DNA of 50,277 bases, counting the filler, from Catajapyx aquilonaris (lineage: Eukaryota): the NCBI GenBank assembly GCA_000934665.2. It is 2 parts of 2 records of this genome, joined end to end, with 100 filler letters (N's around TTAATTAATTAA, not from the genome) between each part and the next. Parts side by side here need not be neighbours in the genome. Positions count along the whole stretch, not along the records: positions 25,161 to 50,277 come from JYFJ02005427.1; 1 more part is not named here. The stretch is one strand, 5' to 3'. Under the pieces are notes generated by a model. It did not search any database, was not told the origin of the DNA, and saw nothing but the letters and a program-made list of their open reading frames with translations. A program made the translations under genes and the position numbers. Shown in pieces: positions 33,447-47,691 of this stretch (position 1 is the stretch's first letter; every line of letters begins with the position of its first letter).

Positions 33447-36400
33447 TTAGCCGTCTTCTTTCGGAGGTGTGAACCAACCTGAAAGAGAGCAAATATTAAT
33501 CGCATTTATGGCTTTAAAAATTATTGCTAAGCGTACAGGAAAGCAGTTGCAGTGTCGTAGAAATTTGTCAGAATATTTTGAGTTCACTTCAATTCTAATT
33601 TCATGTGCGACAGTAACCAAAAAAGCAAACACTGCAACATCATTCTCACGACCAGATGATTTGAACGTACCGTTTTTCTCGTGGATCTGAACTAACGACT
33701 TGAATGACTGTTGGGCTCGGGCGAGACTGTACTGACCCTGTACAGTCGGTTGTGCAAGACCCCGTTATGTGAAAGACAATCAGTTGTAAATACATACTAT
33801 ACATACATATAAAATTTAGCCATGGAAACTCTGCATGTAGCGATACTCACGCTGACTTTGGTGGCTCCGAACTGTATCCTGGCCTTGCCTTTGACCAAGG
33901 TAGCAGCAATCTGCATGATGACAGCCTCCACAGTGTATGCGGATGACCAGCCCTGCTTCGTCAGGAGCTCCATGCAGATGGCACCTCCCACCAACACGTA
34001 ACCACCAGATATCATCGGGTGGACCACCCTAAAAAGCAATTTACAATAAATCCGCATTGCTTGGGTACGATCATCATCATTCGCTTCCCCTGAAAATCTT
34101 CACCTTACGAATGGTGGCTCAAAGGGGTATGTTTCTTTGAACAGCATGTTGAGCTGTATGTGGTCCTTCCCCTCCTTCTCCTTCAGTAGGGAGAGGTCAT
34201 GATGCAGTGGTGAGTCAGGATCTACCCCAGTCAGACGCACATTCCATTCGTAGAGGGAGTCATTGACCAACTCAATGGAGTAGGCCCCCTTCTTGAATGA
34301 CTCTGACCGGTAGATGTCCCGAAGCTCCTTCATCAGACGGTCTGTCGCCTGAACTGACCCCGAGACGGACCCTTTCAGGTAGTCTTGTCGTTGGTTCTGT
34401 CGCAGGCGTTCAAGGGTCGCCACGTGCTCACTCGATATCTCTTCATTCTTTGGAAGGGAAGAGAAGGAAAGTTGTCAGAATAAAATAATCAAACACCAAG
34501 AGTTTGAACCAAGGTAGGTCTAAACAACAAACTGCATGCTAATTCATGAAACTACCCACAAATATGCGAAATTAGCTCACCCATAACTTAGGCAGGACCC
34601 CCCAAAACATATGTAATTTTCTTCTACCACCTCGTACTTGCCATCCGCCGCAAAATTAGTACCACGTATCTAGGGCTTTCTCGAAGAAACAGAGCTGGTA
34701 CATGTAATTTGACTGCCAAATTATCACGGGCAGCCCATGTGGTAGCTGCAGTGTTACACAGACTGCACATTTTGTTGAGAGGAGCGGTAGGGCCCGGCAT
34801 GGGGGGCACTTCTTTAGGGCGGCTCAGCAACCCCTCACATGCATGGATATCCAAAAAAGTTCACTCTTGCGCAAACCAGAGTATAGATTCGGAAAATGTG
34901 CCCTTTCGATTGCCTTCAATTTCAGGCAAATATCAAGTGGAAACCTCGCCTCATACTGGCACACCTCGCTTCAACTGGTATACCGGTATAGACACCAGAT
35001 CATGCATTTCTAAATACTGGTCAACCTCGACTACACCGGCATGCCGCATTATGAAGGCAATGATTATGGTAACAGAAAAAGAATGATTTTGACCATTTCA
35101 GCAAGTCGTATATCAGTGACAGGTGGGAAAATCACCACCGCTCGAGTATGCAGTGCTCTCTTTGCGTGGGAAAGGAGGCCGAGTATTCAAAAGTGGCATA
35201 GTGTCCCACCGATGGGCCATGGTCTGTTATACCAGAGGTGGGGTGAAAATGAGTGTTATATCAGGAGTACAACTACACAGTGCCTTATGGTTATTTGCCA
35301 GGACTGGCCCTACGAGTCTGTTATGCTCTCAGATGGTGTTCCAAGGAGTCGCGATAGTACTGGGCATTGACAGTCCTGCCCTCAGGTACAGCATGACACA
35401 ATATGTGAACTACCCTGTCACCGTCACCAGTAGCACAATCTGGTGCAAACTTGACATGAACAAGCCCGTCTGTCTGGATCTCCCTTCTTGCGCAGAAGCC
35501 ACAACCCTATGTCCGTGCACAAGGGGAACAGGGTTACCACTATTTAAAATCCAACCCTCGTAAAAATATGCAACACTTACTTTTGGACTTACCTAGTACC
35601 CTTGAATCCGGATGTAACAGACTTTCATTTATATCAGACTCAAAAGGCAGGTCCCTGCACACTTCCATATATGGCCTGTATAGTTTTACTCCTGATATAA
35701 CAGACTCATTCTCACATCACCTCAGGTGTAACAGACTTATTTTATTTATTTATTTTTACCCTGTGATAGGGCGGAGCCCTTGTAGGGGGGAAGGGGAGGT
35801 TCCCAAAGGAGGGCGCTGTGCAGTAGTCATTTCTGACTTTCTTTAAACACCAGACCTTTTCTCCTGGCCCTGGGCAGAGTAGGGAGTGCAATTCTGCCCT
35901 GGCATGTCGGGTGAAAAGCGGAAAAAGACCCAGCCAAGCAGAGGTGACGGGGACAGGATTTGAACCCCGGCCTCCCGCTTGGCTGGCCAGTGGCGTAACC
36001 AACAGACCACCATGCCTCCCCGTAGTGTGCATTACAGGCATATAGAAAGCATAAAACTTCGTGTATTCGTTGCAAAAGTTACGATTAAGAGATAACAGAC
36101 CTCAGTTATAACAGACTTTTTCCAATGACCCTTGAAGTCTGTTATATCCGGGTTCAACTGTATCATGTAATGGTAGATGCATATTTCTACTACGAAATAT
36201 GATGGTTGGTCTTGATCATGTTTTTTGACGTGGATACGTCTTCAAAATTGGATCAGGGGGCATGCAGGCAAACTCAAGCTTTACAGAAAAGAGTTACAGT
36301 CTATTACAACAGAGTCTGCTATAACCGACAGTATGTTACCTGCTCATTACGTCACACATATATACAGGGTGATCCAGAAGTAGGTATCTATTTTTATTTC

Positions 36401-39400
36401 CTAATAACTTTCAAACGGGTACACCTACCGAAGTGAAACAAGGCTCAAAATGTGCGTGGATTCATTAGAATTTTTATGGGGGACACTTCTTGCCGTTGTG
36501 GCGCTGCTAGCCAGTGCAGCTTGACACTAATTGCTGTAGTGGCGCTGCCAGCAGGAGAGGCTTGGCCAACATGTCGGACCGACTGTCTGTGAGTGACCGT
36601 GTGCGCATCGCTAGCGGTATGGAGGTATGGGACAGTGTCATCAAGGTTCAGCGATGGTGGCGCAGAGAACGAGGTGTCAATGCCACCCTGCAGTCAAGGA
36701 CAGTGAAGTGTATTCATGCCAATTTGCTGGCCACTGGTTCTGTTGCCGACCATCCCAGGTCCGGTCGTCCGAGATCGGTGGTCACTGCAGAGGCGTCGTC
36801 CACTGCTGCCGCGGCTTTTCAAGCCAGTCCTAAAAAGTCATTGCAACAGTATGCAAGGGAAAGTAGTACCTCATACGGTTCAGTGGCCAGGATGATGAAA
36901 ATCATCAAGTGGAAGCCCTGGAAGCCCCATTACGTGCAAGCACTGACTCTCAAAGACTGCGATGTGAGGATGGAGTTTTGTGAAGGAATGATATCGTGGA
37001 TCAGCGATGAACCGGAAATTGTGGACATCATTTTTTCTGCTGAGGCCGTTTTCCATGTGGGTGGTTTCACCAACAGGCCATTACTGGGCACCATCGGCAG
37101 AAAACCCCAATTTTGTCATGGAAAAGCTGCAGTCGCATCCCAGTGTCACTGCCTGGTGTGGTCTTCAAGGGAATGTGCTGATAGGACCGTACATTTTGGA
37201 GGAGACTATGAACGCCGACCGATATGTCATTATGTTGCGTGAGTACGTCATGCCCATAGTCTCAATGTGGCCAGATTTTCAAGAAGTGCATATCATGCAC
37301 GACGGGGCCCAGCCACATTCCGCGTGGGTGAGCAGGAACTTCCTGGCAGAACAGTTTCCTGGACGAGTCATAGGTCGTAGGGGAAACGTCCAGTGGCCAC
37401 CACGAAGTCCTGATTTGACACCTCTGGACTTCTCTATCTGGGGCTATTTGAAGGAGAAAGTGTACGCACAGAAGCCCCGCACCACAGCGCAGCTGCAGGC
37501 AGCCATTAAGAACGAGTGCGCCGCTGTGCCAGCCGACATGATAGCCCGTGCGACATCCGCAGCGAAACATCGGTTTCAAACCTGTGTGGACAATGCTGGG
37601 GCACATGTGGAGGTGGAATTAAAATCCTTATGGATCCACGCACATTTTGAGCCCTGTTTCACTTCGGTAGGTGTACCCATTTGAAAGTTATTAGGAAATA
37701 AAAATAGGCACTTACTTCTGGATCACCCTGTACTTCCCCGCCCTTTGCACATTATGTCACACATACTCCCCTCCCCTCTGCACACAACGTCTCACACACA
37801 CTGCCCCTTGCCCCTCCCTCTATGCACTGACGTCATCTAGGGATCAGGGGGCACGCAGGAAAACTCGAGTGTTACAGAAAAGCGTTACAGCCGGGCCCTT
37901 CCACGCCTTCATGCCCCCGCCATTATAGTCGAGAAAAGTGAAACATAACGTAGGTTGAGCCCGCAAAAGCTGCAGCTCATGTCCCGACACAACATAATGC
38001 AATATTTTTGTGCATGGACAGGCAGTTGTCCGCTACGAATGTAAACCTGGAATGCGCTGTACGGCAATCCATAAGCAGCTGATGGAGGTGTATGGCCTGG
38101 ATGTAATGTCAGGGAAAATGGTGTGGATCTCTGCTCTCTTCCACACTCTTCACACCCATCACAGAGTCATTGACACCATCTCCGCACCAGCTGCTTACGG
38201 ATTACGGCACCACGCATGACATACACACAATTTTAGTTTACAACTTTATCGTTAATCCATGTTTATAACACACGCATCTTTCCTGGAGTAATATGAATGT
38301 GCACGCTCTACATTATGTATGAATGAGAACAATTATCATGTCAGAGATTTGTTGCGAATTGGCAGAACAAACCGCAAAGAAAAGTTGACCCTGACCTTCA
38401 GATGAGGATGGCAGTTTTAAAAACTTCATGCGACAGGAAACCCAAATTCAGGGTAAATAAACAATCACATAATTCATGTAGACAACAACTGTAAGTCCAC
38501 ACTAGTTGACATACAAAATTAGTGTTCGCAACTGTAGTAGCAGTAAATCATTTCATATGGATGTCTGGATAATCAAGATTCTATGCTTCATGTAAATTTG
38601 TATAAATCTGGCATGGTTTTAGCTGAAAACGACTGGCGACTTTGTAGCAAAGTGCTGACATTTTGACGCTGGTTACTTGGCCCACCTTGCTTTTCCCAGA
38701 CGCATCTCCTTCGTCCATGTCGAGATGCAGGTCCTCCTCTGCGTCATCATCGTCATCATCCTCGTCCTCCACCTCCATTTCGTCATGGTCACCTTTGTGA
38801 CGGATGGCTCCACTTCCAGCATGAGACCCAGCCACCGAAGGGCTCCCACCTGCCAGTCCTCTGTCTCCCATGGCCCCGCTTACACCTACTCCGCTGCCTC
38901 CCCATCCTCCAAAGAAAGGGGGCATCAGTGTGAGGTGGTCCACTTCAGGAGGTTCGGACACTGAATGCAGTCGGCACAGCTCCTTCAGGAGGATTTTCAC
39001 TTGGACCAGAACCTGCGGGACATTCACAATTACGACATAGCCTGGACGCAAATTCACTATAACCACTCAGTACAATAAAGGAGTAAACATTTCAACGTGA
39101 AACACTTCCAGCACGATATCACACAATCTGACAGCATTTTCGAGAAAAGTGAAAGAATTTTAGCGCATAATTGATTTCAAATTGGGCGATCAGCAAGCAG
39201 AATTTATCTGGCGTTCCAGTATCCAAGTAGCACAGTATCGATCTTCAAATATCATTAAAGAAGATACGTTCATAGAGCATGTGACACTAATGCAGGCCAA
39301 TCCTTTAAGCCCCACCTCAGCTCAATTGTTGGACTGCAAGGCTGAGTATTGGATTACAATTACTCATGATTATCCGCAATCAATTTACACACGGCAACAT

Positions 39401-42058
39401 CCGAGTAACGAGTGTGATTACACTACAAAGTGGTCATCTGATTTAAGTTTTACATTTCCAAATATTTTTGACGCACAGTTGGCTGAATCTGCGGATAAGG
39501 AAGGCTGACAGTACAACAAAGAAAAAATGCCTTCCCAATCAATATTTGGCAATCTAATCTGTAACAATGTGCCTGATGTCACTTGCTTTACTAATGAAAA
39601 AATCTTATCACCGATAGCTGTTGCCAAGACTGGGAGATTCCCAAGTCATGTTAAACGCGACCTACACAGCTGTATTTGGGGTGAAGGGTCAAATATTATG
39701 AGGACCTATTGACCTTAAGAGCAAAACTTGAGTGTTACGTTAACAATGGGTTGAACCCCAATGTGACACCTGCCGGTGTTTGCCAGTTCAAAGTTCGGCG
39801 TAACATCAGTAAACAAAAATTATGCGTCCAAGCCGAACATTTCACCAAAATAGGGCACAACCACCGCTTTTGTCTACTCCGAGCCGTAAATGGCCTTGTA
39901 AATCTCAACAACAGTCAAGTAATTTTCAAAGATGAGAGAGAGCCCAATGGATCTAAAAATAAACTACTTAGCATCTGAGTGCTCCTAAAATAGCGACATG
40001 ACAGGCCTTCCACCAGATAACATGCAAACTTTGTTTAAAAACTAGGCTGAATTTTCCAGTTATCATGTGCGGAAAAATGCTCCCATTAAACGTGTTTATT
40101 AAAAACAATTCGCTGCTGAAATGAAAAATTATGTAAAACTTATCATTGTTATTAACAAATTGACACTAACATGGTTGTCCCGTCCAGATGTGTTGCTCAG
40201 GATCTGTACGGCGTTGGTGATACTTGTTTCCTCCGACTCGGCGAACCAGACTGGTGGTGTGGATGGATACGTCTCCTGTAAAATGAGATAAATTGTGAGC
40301 CCACTGTGACCAGCCCCGTCTCATTATTGAGACAGTGACACACACACAAAAGTATGCAGCTCTAATCATCCCTCCCGATAAACACAACATGTGATGGCAA
40401 ATGACTACTTAAAAGCTGGTTCAAACAGGTGTGAACCAGTAAAATTCAAAATGTCCGTGATATTTACTTACTGGATACGAATGAGAGGTGCAATATCCTG
40501 CATGAATCATACGTATGGCATCTGCCACACATTCGCCATGTATAATGCACGATTGAAATTGAAGCCACACGTTCCTTTAGCACAAGTACAAAGTACTTGT
40601 ATTTACACTGTTTTGCAAGAGTAATCATTTGTTTTTCGTACCCTCACAGGCAAGCAAATGCAAACGTCATCCAAATTGTCAATACCGCAATAAAGTGGAC
40701 GACTGTTGTCAATCCGTACAGGACAATAGGAATTTAGGGCACAATGTTTCCTTTGTTCCGCGGTAGGGTTGATCACTTTATATGACACTTACTGCATATA
40801 AGTAATTTTAATCATACAAAAAAAAATGCATCAAATGTTTTACGCTACTTGTACATAAATCGGTTCGTAACATTGAAAACTAATAAAAAAACAATCCTAA
40901 CAGTCCCCTCTAAAAAAATATAAAAAAAACAGAAGAGAAAGCTGAAGGTCACTCAACCAACGGAGTAACCTTCATTATTATATTGACAAATAAACGCCCT
41001 TCAACAAAAGGTGAATTTCACTTGTCGTGAGGACACTGCGAGACATAAGTAGCAAACATTGCAAGTTTCCGACAGCAATGTTTACATCAGAAACGAAATT
41101 CCCCCTGGATATTAAAGTACGCAGCATGTTTTTCCGTCGCCTACACTTACTAATCAGCCAATTTCATAACAGGTCACACATTTGGCACGGATCCAACATG
41201 AAAAGGTCCTTCACTCCTGTGCAATACTTGCCCCGATATTTTTTGTTTGTTTTTTTACCCACAAAAATATTTAGCAAGCGCAATCTTGGCACAACTAATC
41301 ACAAACTAATCATTATCACAAGCTCAGAAAATATGGATCCACTCCTGGAACTAAAGTCCAATAAAATCTAGGCTAGGCCTAGGACTGACAAAGCAACATT
41401 TTTTCGGTCACATTTGTCTGATTCACACGACTCAGGCGATAACTCCAATCGCTGTACATAATGCGTAATTACAAGCGCGATTCCTGTAATCCGCCATTGT
41501 CTTACACAAAAGAATGCATTGTTCATTAACCGCAATGTCACTGTTTTTAGGAAGTCGACTTGTTCTTTTGATGGTCGTAAGTTGTAATAGCTGTTACGGA
41601 ACGTTTCGTACATGTACTGAGCGCGAACATTGTTACTATTACGGAATGTCCACATGCTTTTAGGATGAAAGCGAGAACTTGTTGTAAGTTGCGTGATATG
41701 TCAACGGCCGTTCCGCTCTCAGCCCTTTCAAACTCGCTGTAATGTTAGGGTGTATCTCATTACTATTGTTGGTATGTTAATAGAAAGTATGACCTAATAC
41801 GACCCGGTACGACCCAGTACGACCAACTTGTTCTTATTAAATGACGGTCAGTTCAGTGTGACATGACAGAACGTCCTGTACGCTGGTCATACTCACCGTA
41901 ATGTTAGCGTGTATCTCATACTTCTTCCCATGCCTCCCTACAAATCTGCAGTTGAGTTCGTCCACCGAAGCCGACACAATCTGGAACCTCTCGTGATGCT
42001 TCGGAAACGCAGCCTCCAAGGTGCGTATCTCCTGCTTCAGCGTGTTCAAACAAGCCAT
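33447..42058 (-). CDS. UBE2Q: Ubiquitin-conjugating enzyme E2 Q (exons 42058-41897, 40275-40171, 39012-38686, 34447-34104, 34028-33851, 33737-33671, 33478-33447)
   Basis: [12 protein letters not shown]-terminal RWD-like region, [41 protein letters not shown] (catalytic Cys) and C-terminal [15 protein letters not shown]. All introns are GT-AG and phase-consistent. Confidence 0.95.
35757..36021 (-). mobile_element. tRNA-derived SINE (family D) inside a Tigger-like MITE remnant
   Basis: Minus-strand head TGGTCTGTTGG...GGTTCAAATCC, 3' end CCCTATCACAGGGTAAAA and a (TAAA)n tail. Flanks carry repeated TAACAGAC motifs ending in GGTTCAACTG|TA at about 36160. Confidence 0.65.
36365..37730 (+). mobile_element. 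Full-length Tc1/mariner DD41D (rosa-type) transposon, inactive
   Basis: TA TSD, about 100-bp TIRs beginning CAGGGTGATCCAGAAGTA, and a transposase with 41 residues between the D of HDGA and the last D of SPDLTPLD. Confidence 0.9.
36571..37684 (+). pseudogene. DD41D transposase pseudogene
   Basis: HTH region ([13 protein letters not shown]); first catalytic D replaced (FSAEA for FSDEA); frameshift near 37075; then WCGL, HDGAQPH and [20 protein letters not shown]. Confidence 0.9.
38010..38127 (+). mobile_element. Old mariner transposase N-terminal (HTH) fragment
   Basis: AVVRY..KPG....[16 protein letters not shown] resembles the Mos1-type EIHRQLxEVYGxxVMS motif. Confidence 0.55.
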
Positions 42059-43387
42059 AGTCATCTTCGGCACCACACAAAAATTCACACGCACACAGTA
42101 CACTCAAAGCAACACCATCTTCTTATGCAAAAAGAACAGTACTAATTTGTCAACCCTCCCTCACTTGCTCCCCCCTCAAAAAAATAACAATAACGAAAAA
42201 AAAAAAAACTTTCTTGGAAGGTAGAAAATGGCCGTCTGATGCAGCAACTTGCTAGGGGAGATATATTGTTCTGTTGTTCTTCTCCCCCCCCCTCCCCTCC
42301 TCCCAAACCTTCAGAAGAGTGGGCAGCTGGGGGCCACACAACCAAACAAACTCAAAATGTCCTCTCGCCTTACTCCCTCGACGAAACTAAGGTGGAGTCG
42401 CCCAGGGTTCGCCACAATAAACGGGGAGAGAGAGAGACAGAGAAGGGAAGAACTAAAAAAGAACAAGGAGGGCCGGATGAAGCACAGCAGCTGACTGGGA
42501 CCTGCCCCTCGATTGACAGCTGGGCACTGTGAAGAAAGAACGGCTATATTATCCCCCGAAAGAACGGCTACATTGGATCCGCTCGGCGATTTAAAAGCGC
42601 AGCTGTTCTTTGTAAGCTACTAGCCTTTTAGCTGGTTATTAGCTATTATATTAGTTGATGGGGGCAGAGACCTCTCAGGAGAGGATCGCGCAGCGTGGGT
42701 GAGCTTTCAGGCAGAGGAAGATAGATGGCGGGAAGGTGGCCGTTTTGTGCTGGTTGCTTCGATTCGGTAGGGCACGCCCACTTTAGCGGGTGCGTTCAGA
42801 TGGTACTTAGCGGATGATTCAATAATATTGGGATTCAATAAGAGTGATACTCGTACTATATACAGTACTGTGTTGGACAGGGAAATGTCGCTAGAAGTAT
42901 GATGGCAGCATGGTCTTAGAATACTAAGGTCTGGACACTTCCACTTACAGCCTGCCGAGGCGTTTTGCATGAGGTGCCGGCGACCATGTTGGGTCCCCCC
43001 AATGTAGCCCTTCCCTTATTTTGTACCTATAAAGTTCAGCGTCGTCCGCCACGTGATAGCTCCGTGAGAGGTATCATGCAAAACGCCCCGGCAGGCGATA
43101 ATATAAGATTGCAGGGGAATAAAGTGTCCGGGAGCTGGGGATGGCGGTATGTCCAGCCAAAATGGTGAGAATTTCCCGCTAAGTGGCGGCGACACCTATA
43201 TTGGCTCATGTTTCGCAGAAATGACATGAGATAATATTAGGGGTAGGGTAGCTGCCTTTTTATTTAGCGTGATACAGTGAGATAAATAGAGTTAAATGCA
43301 GTATTATATTTGCATATGTGTGCACTTTTATCTCAATCTTCTCCAACAGGAATTTTCCACAAAACACCAGGGTACCTTAGAGTACTA

Positions 43388-43552
43388 CAGCTGGTCATAT
43401 ATCGAGGCAACTGCCAGCGACATTTTCCGAAGCGGCAGAAGAAAGAATCTTGCTCGCCCATGCTTTAAGAATGATTATCTTCGATTCCTCCATCTGCCGC
43501 TTCGGAAAATGTCGCTGGCAGCTGCCTCGATATGCCTATATGACCATAACTG
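43388..43552. mobile_element. Palindromic ~160-bp MITE, copy 3
   Basis: Same family as 2895-3056, TA-flanked; absent from the other copies of the tandem unit. Confidence 0.8.
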
Positions 43553-43694
43553 TACGTAGAACGTAGGTTATACTTCTAATGATCGAAGAAATTTCTGAAT
43601 AACACATTACTCAAGGTACGGCTCTCCTGCGATACAAAATCATTGACAATACGAACTACGGCCTAGAACTAATTAATAATAATTTTTAAAATGA

Positions 43695-43870
43695 TTCATA
43701 CCCCGTTATCAAACGGCGGCTGTGGCCTATTAGTTTAGGAACCAACTCCGGAATTCTCCTGGAGGAACCGTGGGAAACCACAGAAAACCACGAGTAGAGT
43801 TGCCGGCACCGGGATTCGAACCCAGGAATTCCCGATTAGCAGTCGCGCCACCACTGCTTCGGTGGCCGAG
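43695..43870 (-). mobile_element. tRNA-derived SINE, family C copy 2
   Basis: B-box GGTTCGAATCCC on the minus strand; homologous to 10606-10865. Confidence 0.7.
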
Positions 43871-45732
43871 ACCTAATTATTATTGTCCTTCTTACTTTCG
43901 CATGAGCCTATTTTGTAGGTTCATGAAAAGGCCTTTGGTAACACTTTATCCCTAATTATTACACATACTTTGGATAACTTTATACATTTGGTCTCAATTG
44001 ATTAATTAAGGGACACTCCACTCAAAAAACAAGTTTGGCTCTAAAAATCGGGCAAAAAAATCCTGAATATGACGGTGCAATTCGTTTTTCGCTACGCGGA
44101 ACGGTAATCCCAGGGCGATCCCGAGCGATGTGAGTTGTAGCTGTTCTGAAGTCATGACGCAGGCGATAATGCTTAATACATCGCGCGTGTGTTTACCTGC
44201 AGGGGATGTGCATCGCTACGGCATGCCAACTTTTCTATTCTCCTATAATATTCTATGTCCTCGGAGAGGGGCTTCATATACTATTGACTCGCTTTGCTCT
44301 GGGGGTAGGCTTGGCCCCCTGCTCCGCACCGTATGATCCAATATAGAAGTACGACGATTTCAGCAAATTCGTCTCGTACGGTTCTCAAGGCAGATTTTCC
44401 GACTATTTTAACCTATTTCATAATTAAATAAGGCTAATAGTTGTCCAGTAGTACTTGAATTTATAGTTGTCTTAAGGCGATTCCATGAACTTGTAAGTAG
44501 TACTATAGCGGTTATTATGCATAAAATATTTTATCCCGATTTGTAAGTTGAAGAGATGCGAGAATCTAGGCGATGGCAATGTAGCTGGTACTGTACGAGT
44601 ATATATCAAAATCACAGTTATGATAACAAACCACGTCTTTACATGTGGTGTAACTTACTACACGTCGTATTAAACATTACAAAATGTTATTTGTTATCGT
44701 TTTCAATCAGTTACAATATTGCGGCGTATGTGTCACCTTGTTTCGCAAAAATGATGAGATATAATATTTGGGGTACCTTTATATTTTTAGCATGATGCAA
44801 TATGACAAACGGTGATAACTACAGCTACATAATTTGGTACATGTTTGAACTTTTATCCCAATTTTCTTCAACAGTAATCTTCCACAATACACCAGCAGGG
44901 TATACCTCAGATTACGTAGGTTATACTTCCAACGATCGAGGGAATTTCTGAATAATACATTACACAAGCAACGTCTCTCCTGGCGGTACAAAATCATTGA
45001 CTAGTAGGACAGTAGGACTACATTATGAAGTAAGTCCGAGAACTAATTATCCTACTTATTACTTACGCATGAGTCAATTTTGTAAGTTCATGGGAAGGTA
45101 TCGGTACAACAATACAGATACTGTGGATAACTTTATAGATTTTCTCACAATGGAAAGATGTTAACGCTTTTAATATTGTATAATGACGGAAAAATCTCCA
45201 CAGGCGACAGAACGTCGCACATACGCAAAATACTGCCAAAAGGACTCTGCCACTTTGTTTCGCAGAAAAGATATGACATAATATTAGGGGTTGATGCCTT
45301 TTTATTTGGCGTGATACAGTGAAATAACTAGAGGTAAATACAGTATTATATTTCGTACATGTTTGCACTTTTATTTCAATCTTCTCCAACAGGAATTTTC
45401 CACAAAACACCAGAGTACCTTAGAGTACGTAGGACGTAGGATATATACTTCTAACGATCGAGGGAATTTCTGAATAATACATTACACAAGCTACGGCTCT
45501 CCTGGCGATACAAAATCATTGACATTACGAACTACGGACGAGAACTAATTATTGTCCTTCTTACTTTCGCATGAGCAAATTTTGTAGGTTCATGAAAAGA
45601 CGTTTGGTAAAAATTTAACCATAATTACACACACACTTTGGATAACTTTATACATTTCCTCACAATGGATTAATGAAGAAGGGCACCACTTTTAATATTG
45701 TCAAGAGCTGATATTGTATAAGTACGTAAAAA

Positions 45733-47691
45733 TCACCAGAGGCGACAGAGCTTCGCACGTACGCAAATTTCTGCCAAAAAGACACACGAGGCCAACGCAA
45801 TTCCAAAAAATAAAATGAGTAAAGTTCCCTCAACGTGGCGCCTTGTGAAGAGTGTGTCCTTTGTTAGCAAGAAATAATCTAGATTGCCTTTACTTTTTTG
45901 CTCACGGGATTTGTAGAAAAGCAAATGATTCTTCCACATTTCATCCACATGCTTCTCTATTCCAATGGTATTATAAATCTGCATCCACTTATCGAAATTA
46001 TCGGCATACACACTGTCTTTAATCACGATGACTGACACAAACAAAATGGCAAAATTATCAGAGGAGATGAATGTCTTGGTCTCTCCGTAATCTTCTGCTA
46101 TCGGAGAAAGGTTCCTCAACACAGCTTCAGATTCGAAGCATACAGTGTCGGCGGTAAACAGATCCTGAATGCAATCATCTCTTTCCTTTACAGCAGACAT
46201 TTTAGAAATTAAATCGTGGTATTCCTCTAGTCCTGGTGCACTTGAGTCTGCAGCGGAAAGATATGACAAAATCTCTGGAGTAGTTTTAATGGAGAAAGTG
46301 GATCTTCTTAGCTCGTCAATGTTGCGGGGAATTATTTCCTTAGGAGGAGACACTAGTAAATCATAGAGCTTACTTCTGTACCCTGTGCCAATAACAACGC
46401 AGAAGTATATCCACATTAAAACGAAGATTTTGTGAGATGAAAATTTTGGAAATGGCACACCTTGTTCCAGGGCAATTTTCGAGAGATATGAAGATATAGA
46501 TAAGACTGACCTAAAAGGAAGGAAATTATTTTCAGGCTGTCTTGTATTTGTTTTCGAGAGTAATGATAAAAATCCCACGGAAATAATGAAAGAAGCAACT
46601 GAAATACACCAAGCAGTTAGTGTGTAAGGCATGACCATAATTAAAGGCGTGATTATTGGGCGCGGCAGCCGTGCAAGAAATGTGAATCTGAACATGTCAT
46701 GGGGTGACGCGAAAGAAGCTACTTTGTAGAGAATTTTCATTATTGGAGCGTTCGGCATAAATGCTAATACTTCAGTCCTAAAGTCATGAAATAGTTGCAC
46801 CAGTGCCCCTTCATCCTGCAAAATTGCGTCAAAACCAATGTAATCCACCTGCCACTTGAAATTAAGTGCTTTTCCCAAGAAGCACATATGTTGATACTTC
46901 TCTTGAGAGGTGCCGCACATTGTTGAATTGCCCTCCCACCCGAAAATGCCTTTCAGAAACCTTCCATTGAAATTTTGGGCAGTGTCTTTGAACATCAATT
47001 CTTTTGTTTCAGCATCAGGCGTGTCCTCGGACACTGAGAAGAATTCAATTTGTGGGTCCCAATCATCACAATAGAAACAGATCGATTTGCAGAGGACCGT
47101 CCCGTTTTGGGAAGGAACAACTGCGACCTTGAACTTGATTTTGGACCATGGTCTCTGGAGGAGATGGTCCTCCTCATCCTCCTCCTCCTTATCTTATAGC
47201 GAATCCCGAACCCACAACACGAATCTGTCCTTGGCCTTCCTTTCCTCCAGAAGGGGGTGTTCCTCAGGGTCCAGAAGTTGGTTCATCATGTCCTCGTGGT
47301 TTTGGGTGCAGGTCACCACCAGAAACAATGCGCACTTGGCCACTCTGCGGTCCTCCTGGAAAGTGCTGGACACCACGTCATCAGAAGGTGTTGATGGTGC
47401 GTCGCCACAATTCCAGGCACTTCGGGACATGGTCGTGATCAGGAGAGGTCGTCCAGTCGATGACATGTTTGCGAGGAAAGTCTGCAACCCTCTCGGGATG
47501 TGACCGCCAACGTCATGGGCCACCACCACCGGACATTCAATGTCCATAATACTATTGTCTTGCAAGAGTCTAGTCATAAACGTTGGAATTATCCCATCAG
47601 TACCACAGGTGCCGTTGAACAGAATGATGGCTGCAGAAGAAGTATTAACAGACACCAGCAAGAAAAATTTTGTTAGTATTAACTGCTTCAT
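45733..47691 (-). CDS. Divergent intronless IR, 652 codons, with one in-frame TAA at 47196-47194
   Basis: Signal peptide MKQLILTKFFLLVSVNTSSA; the two listed ORFs are in the same frame and linked by 53 sense codons including CKSICFYC; then MVMPYTLTAW, GTGYRSKLYDLLVSP, NTIGI and M4. Confidence 0.8.

Larger units (their letters stand above)
43205..45730. repeat. Degenerate tandem copies of the IR 3'-flank unit
   Basis: The block AATATT.GGG...CAATCTTCTCCAAC...TTCCACAAAACACCAG...TTGGATAACTTTATA recurs at about 43205-44000, 44740-45190 and 45255-45730, and again at about 48745-49300. Confidence 0.8.

Noticed and set aside
34624..35563. Cluster of 76-146 aa ORFs in a UBE2Q intron
   Set aside because: No recognisable domains, and they overlap in several frames.
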